64,000 bases of DNA from Terriglobia bacterium (GTDB taxonomy: Bacteria; Acidobacteriota; Terriglobia; 20CM-2-55-15). The position numbers and the translations under genes are program-made. The stretch spans positions 160,001 through 224,000 of the forward strand of contig CBDCLE010000001.1 of the NCBI GenBank assembly GCA_965218585.1, in the 5' to 3' direction. Below, piece after piece: positions 9,352 through 19,739 of this stretch. The notes under the pieces were generated by a model. It was not told the origin of the DNA. It saw nothing but the letters and a program-made list of their open reading frames with translations, and made no database searches. Position 1 is the stretch's first letter, and each line of letters opens with the position of its first letter.

Positions 9352-12300
9352 ATGAAGCGAATAGCTATATGTTTTCTGGGAGCACTGCTGATGTCGGCGC
9401 TGGTATCAGTGCCAATGTTTGCGCAGGGTACAGCCCAGATTTCAGGGACGGTGACCGACCCGACCGGCGCACTGCTGCCGGGCGTGGACGTGATAGCCAC
9501 TCAAACCGACACTGGAACGGTACGATCGGCGGTCAGTAACGAGACCGGCGCCTACACGTTGCAGAGTCTGCCGATTGGTCCGTACCAATTGGAAGTGAGC
9601 CTGCCGGGATTCCAGACGTATGTGCAGACCGGTATCGTGCTCGCGGTCAACGACAGCCCTGCGATCAACGTGTCGCTGCAGGTGGGACAGGTGGCGCAGA
9701 CCATCGAAGTCCAGGCCAATGCAGCGCTGGTTGAGACGCGCACAGTGGGTGTCGGCCAGTTGATCGAAAACGAAAGAATTCTGGAACTGCCCTTGAACGG
9801 GCGGAACGTAACCGAGTTGATCATTCTTTCGGGTGCTGCGGTGTCGACGGGAACGTCGTCCTCGCGGAGCATGCCGGGTCAGCAGGAGATTTCGGTTGCC
9901 GGCAGCCAGGAAGCCGCTGTGGCGTACATGCTGGACGGTGCTATCCACAACAACTGGTACGACAACCTGAGTCTGCCGTTGCCGTTCCCGGATGCGCTCG
10001 GTGAGTTCAAGGTTGAAACCAGTGCACTCCAGGCTTCGCAAGGCGGGCACTCGGGCGCCAACGTCAACGCCGTCACGCGCTCTGGAACGAATGAGTTTCA
10101 CGGCAACGCGTTCTGGTTCGTACGGAACGATTTGTTCGGTGCCCGCGATTATGGGGCCACCCGTTCCAGCACGCTGAAGAGGAATCAGTACGGCGGAACG
10201 ATCGGTGGACCCATCGCCCAGAATAAAGTGTTCTTCTTCTGGGGATACCAGGGCACGATCACACGCCAGGATCCCGGGACCCAGGAGGACTTCATCCCGA
10301 CGTCCTATGCGCTGTCCACAGGCGACTGGAGCCGGATGCTGGCTCCTGGTTGCCGCCCGCCGACAGCAGTGCTGTCCGAATTTCTCGAGGACGGGTCGCT
10401 GTCCGGATTTGGGCCTGCGAGCGGACAACTCCCGAATCACATCGACCCGGCACGCTACAGCACGGTTGCGGTGAATCTGGCAAACCGGTTGCCGACCTCC
10501 ATGGCTGACGACTGCGGTCGCGTGCTCTATGGCAACATTCACGCGGACGATGACTGGCAGAGCGTGGGCCGGATCGACTGGCAGGCGAGCGACTCGCACT
10601 CGGTCCTGGGGCGGGTCCTGCTCACGGACTCGGAGCGGGCAAACCCGTTCGCACTGGCTCCGGACAACATATTGACCACAGGTGACCGCGGCTGGCTTGA
10701 CAAGGGTGAGTCCTACACGATCGGCGATACGTGGTTGATGAGTCCGACGACTGTGCTTTCGACGCGTCTCGCCGTCAATTACACAAACATACTGCGGCTG
10801 GGAGCGGAGTTCTTCAACTGGGGCGACCTGGGCTCACAGAACTACTTCAGCTACGTGGACACATACGCACGGATTGGCGTGGCTGACGGGTTCAACCTGG
10901 GGAGTTGTTCGGCGAACCCTGCTCCGTTCAAGACGTTTTCGACGGGTCTCAATCTGGATCTGAGTATGTCCCGGGGTGACCACCAGTGGGGCATTGGCGG
11001 AAATGTCACGCGTCTCGACACCAACGGGTACGCTAACTGCAATTCCGCCGGTAATTTCGATTTCGACGGTGACCAGACCGGCATGGGCCTTGCGGACATG
11101 ATGGTCGGCGTGACGAACGCATTCACGCAGGCCACGCCGAACACGGCTCTGGCGAAGAAGTGGGTCAGTGCTCTTTATCTGGCCGATACCTGGCGTCTGA
11201 CGCCGAACGTGACGATGAGTTATGGCGTACGTTGGGAGCCGGATATGCCGGAGACGATCACCAATGACCGCATTGTCAAGTACGATGCCGCTAGATTCGT
11301 GGCCGGGACCAAGAGTACGACGTTTGTGAACGCCCCTGCGGGTTTCTCTTTCCCCGGAGACAGCAATTTCCAGGGTAAGAGCGGTCGGAACAAGAAGTGG
11401 GCCAATTTTGCGCCGCGGCTCGGCCTGGCCTGGGATGTGTTCGGCGACGGACGGACTTCGATCCGCGCGTCGGGCGGGATCGCGTACGACTATCCCAACG
11501 GGCAGTTCCACCTGTTCACCTCGCTCGTGCCGCCGTTCGGAGCGGACGTGAGGATTCCGAACGCGACCTTCGACGATCCGTGGGCTACGTTCCCGGGCGG
11601 CCGGATACACCCGGTGGATACTACGGATCCAAACCTCCCATTCCCGAGGTTCGGACGCATATCGACGGTCGGAGACGACTTCCGCGCGTCACAGACCCAG
11701 AGTTGGAATCTGGCCCTGCAGCAGCAGGTTGCCAACGACTGGCTCTTGTCGGCGACCTACATGGGCAGCCACACGATAGACATGGTCCAGGGAGCGCAGG
11801 TGAATCCGGCGCTTTACTTCCCGGGCAGTGCCGGTGCTGACGGAATATGTACGACAACCAGTTCCGGCGGTGTGATACCGGCTGGCACGTACACCGTGAA
11901 CGCAGGCGCGGGCCAGACCTGTTCGACGAACGGCAACGTCAACAATCGGCGGCTTCTGTTCATGCAGAATCCCGCTGAAGGTATTGGCGCCGGGGCCGTC
12001 TCGCAGGTCATCAGCACAGGGACGTCCAGCTACCACGGGTTGCTCGTGAGCATGCAGCGGCGGGCCGCCAGCGGCGTCAACATCAACACCAACTACACCT
12101 GGTCCCACTGTATCTCCCCGATGCACGGCGGTGGCTTCGGTGGAGCCGGTTTCAATGGTGATGGCGTTTACCAGGTCGTGGACGACCGGCAACGCACCTA
12201 CGGGAACTGCTCGCAGGACCGGCGTCACAACTTTACGTTCACGACAGTGGCCCGATCGCCCGAGTTTGCGAACGCAGGCCTCCGGGCCGTGGCTTCGGAC

Positions 12301-12750
12301 TGGTCGCTGTCGGTGATCTACCGTATCAATTCCGGCAGCTATATGCATGTCCGGAACGGTTCGTCGGATCGCGCCCGGAACGGAACAAATCCGCGTAGTC
12401 AGCTCGCCACCCACCTCGGCGGTGATCCGTTCACCGGGAGCACTGGGCCCAACGCGCAGTATCTGAACGCGTCCGCGTTTGAGCAATCTGCGATCGGTAC
12501 GATAGGCAATCTGGGTGTCCGTAACGTCAAGGGGCCGGCGCAATGGGACTTCGACGTGTCGCTGGCACGGAGGTTCGATCTGGGCGAGACCGAGACGCTG
12601 GAATTCCGCGTCGAGGCCTACAACCTGACGAACAGTTTCCGTCCGAATAACCCGGAAAGCCGAGTCGGCCGAAGGAACTTCGGAGTGACCCGGGCTATCA
12701 GTTCCGACGACCCGAGGATTCTCCAGTTCGCGGTGAAGCTCGGCTTCTAA
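9352..12750 (+). CDS. TonB-dependent receptor copy B (intact, 1132 aa)
   Basis: Signal peptide ending FAQ, carboxypeptidase-regulatory-like domain (ISGTVTDPTGALLPG), LPLNGRN, VTRSGTNEFHG, NFAPRLGLAWD and C-terminal Phe. Confidence 0.93.
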   Translation: MKRIAICFLGALLMSALVSVPMFAQGTAQISGTVTDPTGALLPGVDVIATQTDTGTVRSAVSNETGAYTLQSLPIGPYQLEVSLPGFQTYVQTGIVLAVNDSPAINVSLQVGQVAQTIEVQANAALVETRTVGVGQLIENERILELPLNGRNVTELIILSGAAVSTGTSSSRSMPGQQEISVAGSQEAAVAYMLDGAIHNNWYDNLSLPLPFPDALGEFKVETSALQASQGGHSGANVNAVTRSGTNEFHGNAFWFVRNDLFGARDYGATRSSTLKRNQYGGTIGGPIAQNKVFFFWGYQGTITRQDPGTQEDFIPTSYALSTGDWSRMLAPGCRPPTAVLSEFLEDGSLSGFGPASGQLPNHIDPARYSTVAVNLANRLPTSMADDCGRVLYGNIHADDDWQSVGRIDWQASDSHSVLGRVLLTDSERANPFALAPDNILTTGDRGWLDKGESYTIGDTWLMSPTTVLSTRLAVNYTNILRLGAEFFNWGDLGSQNYFSYVDTYARIGVADGFNLGSCSANPAPFKTFSTGLNLDLSMSRGDHQWGIGGNVTRLDTNGYANCNSAGNFDFDGDQTGMGLADMMVGVTNAFTQATPNTALAKKWVSALYLADTWRLTPNVTMSYGVRWEPDMPETITNDRIVKYDAARFVAGTKSTTFVNAPAGFSFPGDSNFQGKSGRNKKWANFAPRLGLAWDVFGDGRTSIRASGGIAYDYPNGQFHLFTSLVPPFGADVRIPNATFDDPWATFPGGRIHPVDTTDPNLPFPRFGRISTVGDDFRASQTQSWNLALQQQVANDWLLSATYMGSHTIDMVQGAQVNPALYFPGSAGADGICTTTSSGGVIPAGTYTVNAGAGQTCSTNGNVNNRRLLFMQNPAEGIGAGAVSQVISTGTSSYHGLLVSMQRRAASGVNINTNYTWSHCISPMHGGGFGGAGFNGDGVYQVVDDRQRTYGNCSQDRRHNFTFTTVARSPEFANAGLRAVASDWSLSVIYRINSGSYMHVRNGSSDRARNGTNPRSQLATHLGGDPFTGSTGPNAQYLNASAFEQSAIGTIGNLGVRNVKGPAQWDFDVSLARRFDLGETETLEFRVEAYNLTNSFRPNNPESRVGRRNFGVTRAISSDDPRILQFAVKLGF

Positions 12751-12757
12751 GATAACT

Positions 12758-12780
12758 GTAGGTGCGGTCTATGACCGCAC
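12758..12780 (+). repeat. GTAG-type REP palindrome
   Basis: GTAGGTGCGGTCTATGACCGCAC. Confidence 0.85.
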
Positions 12781-12798
12781 ATCCTAGATTCACCATCG

Positions 12799-12832
12799 AA
12801 GCGGCGGGGGCATAGCCTCCGCCGCTTTTTTT
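12799..12832 (+). terminator. Intrinsic terminator after TBDR B
   Basis: GCGGCGGGGGC-ATA-GCCTCCGCCGC followed by T7. Confidence 0.8.
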
Positions 12833-12866
12833 GTGGCGCATTCGCGAACCGCTGGGACCTTCTTCT

Positions 12867-12928
12867 GTAGGTGCGGTCTGTGACCGCACGTCTTCGATCG
12901 GTTTGTGCGCTCATAAGATCGCACCTAC
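12867..12928. repeat. Inverted REP doublet
   Basis: GTAG-GTGCGGTC-TGT-GACCGCAC...GTGCGCTC-ATAA-GATCGCAC-CTAC. Confidence 0.8.
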
Positions 12929-12999
12929 AAAAGAATTCCTCCACGAATAACCAGGCCCAGAAGACCCTAAGTCTAAGAGAGACAGGGGGCAATAAATTG

Positions 13000-13028
13000 T
13001 TGACCGATACCCAGCCGGGGTATAGCAT
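13000..13028 (+). promoter_or_regulatory. sigma70 promoter with a CsoR/RicR-type operator, upstream of TBDR C
   Basis: TTGACC(13000)-N17-TAGCAT(13023). ATACCC-AGCCG-GGGTAT at 13007-13023. Arms are conserved and the N5 centre largely differs from the copy B box. Confidence 0.72.
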
Positions 13029-13123
13029 TCGGTTACTAAAACAGCCCTTGGCTGTACACAGACAAGAGCATATCTGTCACATTTAAAACGAGTTCCTTCA
13101 ATTTTGGAATGGGAGGAAAATAA

Positions 13124-16100
13124 ATGAAGCGAATAGCTACATGTTTTCTAGGCGCAGTGCTCATGTCCGCGCTGGTTTCGGTGCCGATGTTTGCACAGGG
13201 TACAGCCCAGATTAACGGAACGGTAACCGACGCGACGGGTGCGTTGCTGCCGGGCGTCGACGTAACGGTGACGCAGACCGAGACCAGTGCGACCCGGTCG
13301 GGGATCAGTAACGAGACCGGCGCATTTATCCTGCAGAACATTCCGATTGGCCCGTACCAGTTTGGAAGTGTCGCTGCCGGGCTTTCAGACCTTTGTACAG
13401 ACGGGTAACCTGTCGGTGAACGACAGCCCGAACTTCAACATCGCATTGCAGGTGGGGCAGGTGGCGCAGACCATCGAGGTTCAGGCCAATGCGGCTCTGG
13501 TGGAGACCCGGACGGTGGGTGTCAGCCAGTTGATCGAAAACGAACGAATCGTGGAACTGCCCCTGAACGGGCGGAACGTGACCGAGTTGGTCATTCTCTC
13601 GGGTGCAGCGGTGTCGACGGGAACGTCGTCCACGCGGAGCATGCCGGGCCAGCAGGAGATTTCGGTGGCGGGCAGTCAGGAAGGTGCGGTGGCGTACCTG
13701 CTCGATGGGGCCCCCCACAACAACTGGTATGACAACCTGAGTCTGCCGCTGCCGTTCCCGGATGCTCTGGGCGAGTTCAAGATCGAAACCAGTGCGCTGC
13801 AGGCCCAGCAGGGACTGCGGTCGGGCGCGAACGTCAATGCCGTCACGCGCTCGGGAACGAACGAGTACCACGGTAACGCGTTCTGGTTTGTCAGAAACGA
13901 CCTGTTCGGTGCTCGCCCCTATGCGGCAACGCGTGCCAGTTCGCTGAAACGGAACCAGTACGGTGGAGCCATCGGTGGCCCGGTCATGGAGAACAAGCTG
14001 TTCTTCTTTGCCGGGTATCAGGGCACGACCATCCGGCAGGACCCCGGGACGGTGGAAGACTTCCTCCCGACGCCGTATGTGATCTCGACCGGTGACTGGA
14101 GCCGGATGCTGTCTCCTTCATGTGCCGATTCCCCGGTGAATAGCCTGTCTGCATTCCAGGACGACGGCATCACGCCAACCGGTTTCGTAGGCGGAACGCA
14201 GATCGATCCGGCACTCTACAGCCCGGTGGCGATGAGGGTGATGGCGACCTTACCCAACAACCTGGCCGACGATTGCGGCCGGATTCTCTACGGCAACATC
14301 CTGCAGGATGATGACTACCAGATCGTCGGCCGTGTCGACTACCAGGCGACCGATTCGCATTCGATCATGGGCCGGTTACTGTTGACGGCTTCAGACCGCG
14401 CGCACCCGTACGAGTTGACCCAGAATCCTCTGTCCAGTTCTGTGGCCGGCTGGGACGACCTGGGGCAGTCCTACACGCTGGGTGACACCTGGCTGATGGA
14501 CGCGACGACGGTGTTGTCGACCCGTCTGGCCGTCAACTACACCAACGTGGACCGTCTCGGCGCCAACTACTTCGACTGGGCCGACTTGGGCGTCCCGAAC
14601 TACCACGTCTACGTCGAGAATTTCGCGCGGATGACCGCGGACGACGGTTTCACGCTGGGCGGTTGTACGACCAACCCGGCGTCGTTCGACACATTCTCGG
14701 CGAGTCTGAACTCGGATCTGAGCATGTCGCGCGGCGACCACCAGTGGGGTTTCGGTGGATACATCAACCGCCTCGACAACCCCGGGTATGCCAACTGTTT
14801 CTCTCCGGGCACCTTCGATTTCGATGGTGCCCAGACCGGTTGGGGCCTGGCCGACTTCATGATCGGCCAGTCGAACACCTTCGATCAGGCGACGCCGAAC
14901 ACGCAGCTATCGAAGAAGTGGGTGTCGGCTTTCTACATGGCCGACACGTGGCGTCTGACGCCGAACGTGACGATGAGCTATGGCGTGCGCTGGGAACCGG
15001 ATATGCCCGAAACCATCACGAATGAACGCGTTCTTCAGTTCAGTCGCGCAGGGTTTGATTCCCTGGCACGCAGCACGAGGTTCGTGAACGCCCCTGCGGG
15101 CTTCACGTTCCCGGGTGATGCCGGTTTTCCGGGCATCAGTGGCCGTGACAAGCACTGGACGAACTTTTCTCCGCGGCTTGGATTGGCCTGGGATGTGTTC
15201 GGCGATGGGCGGACGTCGATCCGCGCATCGGGCGGTATCGGATACGACTATCCCAATGGCCAGTTCCACCTCTGGACCTCGCTGAACCCGCCGTTCGGCG
15301 GGAACGCGTCAGTCAAGCGAGCGCTGCTCGATAATCCGTTCCCCGGGGGTAATAATCCGCATCCGCTGGACCTGACCCGGGAAGACCTGGAGTTCCTGCC
15401 GTTCCAAAACATACAGAGCATGGATGCCAGCGTCCGGTCGTCGCAGACCCAGAGCTGGAACCTGGCTCTGCAGCAGCAACTTGGACAGGACTGGCTCTTG
15501 TCGGCGACGTACATGGGCAACCATACGATCCACATGGTGCAGGGCGGCCCGGGCAACCCGGCAATCTTCTTCCCGGGTGTAGCCGACGCCAACGGCGTCT
15601 GTACCGTGACCGTTCCCCAACAGGATGGCGTTGAGGTTTCGGTTCCTGGCGGTACGTACACGATGACCGGACAGCGAGCGGGCGGGAACTGTTCGTCGAC
15701 CAGGAACACCAACGCCCGGCGGATCCTGAACCTCCTGAACCCGGTCGACGGCAGGAAAATCGCTGCAATGTCGATCACGCACAGTGGCGGGACGGCCAAT
15801 TACCACGGACTCCTCGTCAGCATGCAGCGGCGTGCGACGACGGGCATCAACGTCAACACCAATTACACCTGGTCCCATTGCATCTCGCCGTGGGCGGACA
15901 ACGGGTTTGGCGGGGGCGGTTTCAACGCAAACAATGTGTACCAGAGTGTGACCGACCGGGAACGCGGCTACGGGAACTGCAACCAGGACCGGCGCCACAA
16001 CTTCACGTTAACGACCGTGGCCCGTTCGCCCGAGTTTGCCAACGCGGGCCTCCGGGCGGTGGCTTCGGACTGGTCGTTGTCGGTGATCTACCGGATCAAC

Positions 16101-16517
16101 TCGGGCCGCTATCTGACAATCGAGAACGGCAGCCGGGACCGTGCGCTTAACGGCGTGGCCCCGACCAATCAGTTCGGCGACTACCTCGGTGGTCCCGTGA
16201 CTGGGAGCTCTGGACCGGACGATGAGTACATAATTAGGTCTTCGTTCGCCCGTGCCGCACCCGGTACGTTGGGCAACCTGGGTGCTCGCAATGTGAAGGG
16301 CCCGAACCAGTGGGACTTCGATGTTTCGCTGGCCCGGACGTTCGATCTGGGCGAGACCGAGACGCTGGAGTTCCGCGTGGAGGCCTACAACCTGACGAAC
16401 AGTTTCCGGCCGGGTAATCCGAACACCAACCTGAACAGCGGTAGATTCGGTAGAACCCGGGCGATCCAGTCCGATGATCCCCGGATCCTGCAGTTCGCGT
16501 TGAAGCTCGGCTTCTAA
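13124..16517 (+). CDS. TonB-dependent receptor copy C, full length but with a +1 T frameshift at 13361-13363 (pseudogene or sequence error)
   Basis: ORFs 13124-13408 and 13287-16517 join into an approximately 1130-aa paralog of copy B if CAGTTTGGAA is read as CAGTTGGAA (B has CAATTGGAA). Confidence 0.85.
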
Positions 16518-16521
16518 AACT

Positions 16522-16544
16522 GTAGGTGCGGTCTATGACCGCAC
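16522..16544 (+). repeat. GTAG-type REP palindrome
   Basis: GTAGGTGCGGTCTATGACCGCAC. Confidence 0.85.
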
Positions 16545-16563
16545 AGCCTAAGATCCAGCATCG

Positions 16564-16596
16564 AAGCGGCGGGGCCAGAGCCCCGCCGCTTTTTTT
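16564..16596 (+). terminator. Intrinsic terminator after TBDR C
   Basis: GCGGCGGGGC-CAGA-GCCCCGCCGC followed by T7. Confidence 0.82.
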
Positions 16597-16631
16597 GTGG
16601 CGTGTCTGCGAAACCTCTACGACCTTCTTCT

Positions 16632-16692
16632 GTAGGTGCGCTCTGTGAGCGCACGTCTATGAATTGTTTGTGCGGTCATAGACCGCACCTAC
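16632..16692. repeat. Inverted REP doublet
   Basis: GTAG-GTGCGCTC-TGT-GAGCGCAC...GTGCGGTC-ATA-GACCGCAC-CTAC. Confidence 0.85.
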
Positions 16693-16803
16693 AGGAAGGG
16701 CCTACCCGCTAGCGTGTTGCGGTTGAATTGAGGTAATCTAAGACGTTCATACGAACTACTGTCGGAACTCATAATTCAGGAAAAACTGGTCAGGAGATTG
16801 TAA

Positions 16804-17667
16804 ATGCGATTCTGTCGTTTCGGAGAAAACCGTTTAGGTCTGGTTGAGGGTTCCGAGGTGCGAGACGTGACCGCAGCGCTTGATGTGCTGGGAGATTACC
16901 GCTATCCGTTGCCGATCGTGGATCAGTTTATCGCGAACCTCGACAAGATCTCGGAAAGAGCAAAGGCCATTGCCGCCGACGCGCCCGTTCTGGATCTGGA
17001 AGGCCTGAAATTGCTGAGCCCGGTGGCGAACCCGAGCAAGATCGTAGGTGCCCCGTTGAACTATCAGAAGCACATCGACGAGGCCAAGGTAGACGAAGGG
17101 ATTCATCATGACAACCCCGCCCACCTGGCACCGATCCAGAAAATCGGTTTGTTTCTGAAAGCCTGCAGCTCACTGGTGGGTCCGGGAGAGGGTATCGGGC
17201 TCAGGAAACTCGACCGGCGTAATGATCACGAAGTGGAGTTGGCCGTGGTGATAGGGAAAGAGGCGAACAATGTGGCTGCGGGTGATGCGCTTGATTATGT
17301 CGCCGGTTACGCGATCGGCCTGGACCTCACGATTCGCGGTCCAGAAGAACGTTGCCTTCGGAAATCCCCGGACAGCTACGCTGTCCTGGGACCGTGGATG
17401 GTGACCGCGGACGAGATCGAGGATCCGAACAATCTCAATCTGAAGATCACGGTCAATGGCGAAGTCCGTCAGGATTCGAACACGAACCTCATGATCCTCG
17501 ACGTCCGTCAGCTCATCGAATACGCGTCGTCTTTCTACACGCTGCAACCGGGCGATGTCATCATCACGGGAACCCCGGAAGGAGTCAGCCCAATCGTTCC
17601 AGGAGACACGATCGTCGCTACGATCGAGAAGATCGGATCGATGGAAGTCGAGGTGCGCGCGGCATGA
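16804..17667 (+). CDS. Fumarylacetoacetate hydrolase family protein (likely fumaryl/maleylpyruvate hydrolase)
   Basis: NYQKH, DHEVELAVVIG, GLDLTIR, RKSPD and GDVIITGTPEG. Adjacent to gentisate dioxygenase. Confidence 0.9.
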   Translation: MRFCRFGENRLGLVEGSEVRDVTAALDVLGDYRYPLPIVDQFIANLDKISERAKAIAADAPVLDLEGLKLLSPVANPSKIVGAPLNYQKHIDEAKVDEGIHHDNPAHLAPIQKIGLFLKACSSLVGPGEGIGLRKLDRRNDHEVELAVVIGKEANNVAAGDALDYVAGYAIGLDLTIRGPEERCLRKSPDSYAVLGPWMVTADEIEDPNNLNLKITVNGEVRQDSNTNLMILDVRQLIEYASSFYTLQPGDVIITGTPEGVSPIVPGDTIVATIEKIGSMEVEVRAA

Positions 17668-17723
17668 TCGTAGTGAACCTGCCGGCGTTCGCGGGAGCTA
17701 TAATTGTCCAGGGAGCGTGAGAC

Positions 17724-18809
17724 GTGAAGGACTCGAAGGCAATGAAGGGACAGGCGTACGATTTCCAGAAGCCCGAAGTAACGGAAGAGTTAAAAGAGTA
17801 CTACGATCGCCTGAACGAGTTGAACACGGCGCCGTTGTGGGAGGTCCTTGATGAACTGGTCACCGCCACGCCAAGAACGCCGTGTGTCCCCACCCTTTGG
17901 CGCTACGATGAGCTGCGCCCGATGCTCATAGAGGCGGGACGCTTGATTTCGACCGACGAGGCCGAACGCCGCGTGTTGATCCTGGAGAATCCTGGAATCA
18001 AGGGTCAGTCCTGGATCACGACGAGTCTCTATGCTGCCATTCAGGTGGTCATGCCGGGCGAGATCGCGCAGGCGCATCGCCACACGGGCTCGGCCTTCCG
18101 TTTCGTTCTCGAGGGGGACGGTGGCGGATACACATCGGTCGACGGTGAACGCACGTTGATGCATCCTGGAGACTTCGTTCTGACACCTTCCTGGACATTT
18201 CATGACCACGGCAATTCTGGAGAAGAGCCCACCATTTGGATGGACGGCCTCGACATTCCGTACGTCAACATGATGGGCGTCAACTTTGCGGAGCACTGGC
18301 CGGAGAAGACGTTCCCCGTGACCAAGAACGAAGGCGACGCCGTCACGCGATACGGTCAGAATCTATTGCCCGTTGATCACGAATCCTCCGCGGTGAGATT
18401 CCCTGTGTTCAGCTATCCCTATTCGCGCAGTCGGGAAACGCTGGATCAGCTCTATAAGAATGGTCCAGTCCATGAATGTCATGGCATCAAGCTGCAGTTT
18501 GCTAATCCGCTCGATGGAGGGTACCCAATGGCGACGGTTGCAGGGTTCATGCAGTTGCTCCCGGCGGGGTTCAGCGGTAAGTCCCATCGGTCGACCGATG
18601 GCGCTGTCTTTACTGCTGTTGAAGGCAGTGGAAGAACAAAAGTCGGCGATGTGACGATCGAATGGAAAGAACGGGATATTTTTGTTGTCCCGTCCTGGTT
18701 TCCGGTTTCTCACCAGAGCGAAAAGGGAGCCGTCCTTTTCAGTTTCTCCGACCGCGCGGCGCAAAAGGCGTTGAACCTCTGGAGAGAAGAAGCGCCTATT
18801 TCCGGTTAG
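17724..18809 (+). CDS. gtdA: Gentisate 1,2-dioxygenase-type bicupin
   Basis: AERRVLILENPG, AHRHT and WTFHDH (Fe ligands), WMDGLDIP and DIFVVPSW. Confidence 0.85.
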   Translation: MKDSKAMKGQAYDFQKPEVTEELKEYYDRLNELNTAPLWEVLDELVTATPRTPCVPTLWRYDELRPMLIEAGRLISTDEAERRVLILENPGIKGQSWITTSLYAAIQVVMPGEIAQAHRHTGSAFRFVLEGDGGGYTSVDGERTLMHPGDFVLTPSWTFHDHGNSGEEPTIWMDGLDIPYVNMMGVNFAEHWPEKTFPVTKNEGDAVTRYGQNLLPVDHESSAVRFPVFSYPYSRSRETLDQLYKNGPVHECHGIKLQFANPLDGGYPMATVAGFMQLLPAGFSGKSHRSTDGAVFTAVEGSGRTKVGDVTIEWKERDIFVVPSWFPVSHQSEKGAVLFSFSDRAAQKALNLWREEAPISG

Positions 18810-18831
18810 CCTGTCCCTGTAATCGTAAGAC

Positions 18832-18860
18832 TTGAATGTTGGATGTCGGAGGGCTAGAAT
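18832..18860 (+). promoter_or_regulatory. Putative sigma70 promoter for DUF6152-like copy 1
   Basis: TTGAAT-N17-TAGAAT. Confidence 0.5.
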
Positions 18861-18942
18861 TAGGCTAATGATATGTGTGCTCCGCCGTCTTGGGCGTGCG
18901 GTCAATCGAGTTTAGGCGTAGTTTCTGTTCGGAGGGAAATCC

Positions 18943-19338
18943 ATGAAGTCGAAAATTCTTGTTCTGCTTATCGTCGGATTGATGGTGTCGGGTCTGACGG
19001 CCTATGCGCATCATTCTTTTACCGCGACGTATGACGAAGATGCTCAGGTCCAGATTGAAGGCCAGTTGGTCCAGTTCCTGTTCCGGAACCCGCATTCCTG
19101 GGTGCATGTCTTAGCTCCCGACGAGAGTGGCGAAATGGTCCGCTATGGCGTCGAATGGGGTGGAGCCGGCCAGCTGGGTGGCCAGGGTGTGACGCGCGCT
19201 TCGCTGAGGCCTGGCGACCACGTGATCATCAGGGGTAACCCGGGGCGCAATCCCGCAGACCATAGAATCCGGATGCGCAGTCTCCTCCGACCGGAGGACG
19301 GATTCGGCTGGGGATTCGAGGGCGAAGACTTCGATTAG
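18943..19338 (+). CDS. Exported DUF6152-like protein, copy 1 (mature N-terminus His-His)
   Basis: 22-aa signal peptide ending AYA, then HHSF...F.NPHSW...LRPGD.V...G.PGR. GGAGGG RBS. Confidence 0.82.
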   Translation: MKSKILVLLIVGLMVSGLTAYAHHSFTATYDEDAQVQIEGQLVQFLFRNPHSWVHVLAPDESGEMVRYGVEWGGAGQLGGQGVTRASLRPGDHVIIRGNPGRNPADHRIRMRSLLRPEDGFGWGFEGEDFD

Positions 19339-19380
19339 AAGTAATCCTCGCTTTTAACGGTTAGCCTAAACGATGGCATT

Positions 19381-19410
19381 GGTACGGCACGCCGAAAGGA
19401 GTGCCGTACC
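19381..19410. repeat. GC-rich hairpin (terminator- or REP-like) after DUF6152-like copy 1
   Basis: GGTACGGCAC-GCCGAAAGGA-GTGCCGTACC, a perfect 10-bp stem. Confidence 0.5.
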
Positions 19411-19541
19411 CACCGATTTCCGCCCGTGTTTTTCTTGACCGGGCGAGTACCACTGCCCTCCGCCGATCTCTTTCTCTTGAACCTCGTTCCAGCCGCACCG
19501 AAAAACGCCCAATGGGCCTCCAAAACATGAATATTCTGACG

Positions 19542-19558
19542 AAACCCATGACGGGTAT
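19542..19558 (+). promoter_or_regulatory. Fourth CsoR/RicR-like box, upstream of the secreted-protein cluster
   Basis: AAACCC-ATGAC-GGGTAT, one mismatch from ATACCC-N5-GGGTAT. TTGACA at 19600. Confidence 0.45.
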
Positions 19559-19739
19559 CGAGCACTCCTCGTAACCATAAGACTTTTGCAATCAAATTCT
19601 TGACAATATATCAGCGTCCGTAGATAGTAGTGTGTCGTTCCCAAGGTCTGGGGTAAGATTATCCTGTCGACGCTCGTCCTGCGGAGACTGTAATCGAGTG
19701 GTGACCGGCGCAGAAGTAGTGTTTTTCTCGGAGGATCAA

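Noticed and set aside
5951-16517. Diversity-generating retroelement or invertase shufflon acting on the TBDRs
   Set aside because: No reverse transcriptase or recombinase is in the window, differences are not adenine-specific, and all copies are co-oriented.
8943-16692. Recurrent 23-bp palindromes as a CRISPR array
   Set aside because: Copies are dispersed, occur in inverted pairs and lack regular spacers. No cas genes are present. They fit REPs.
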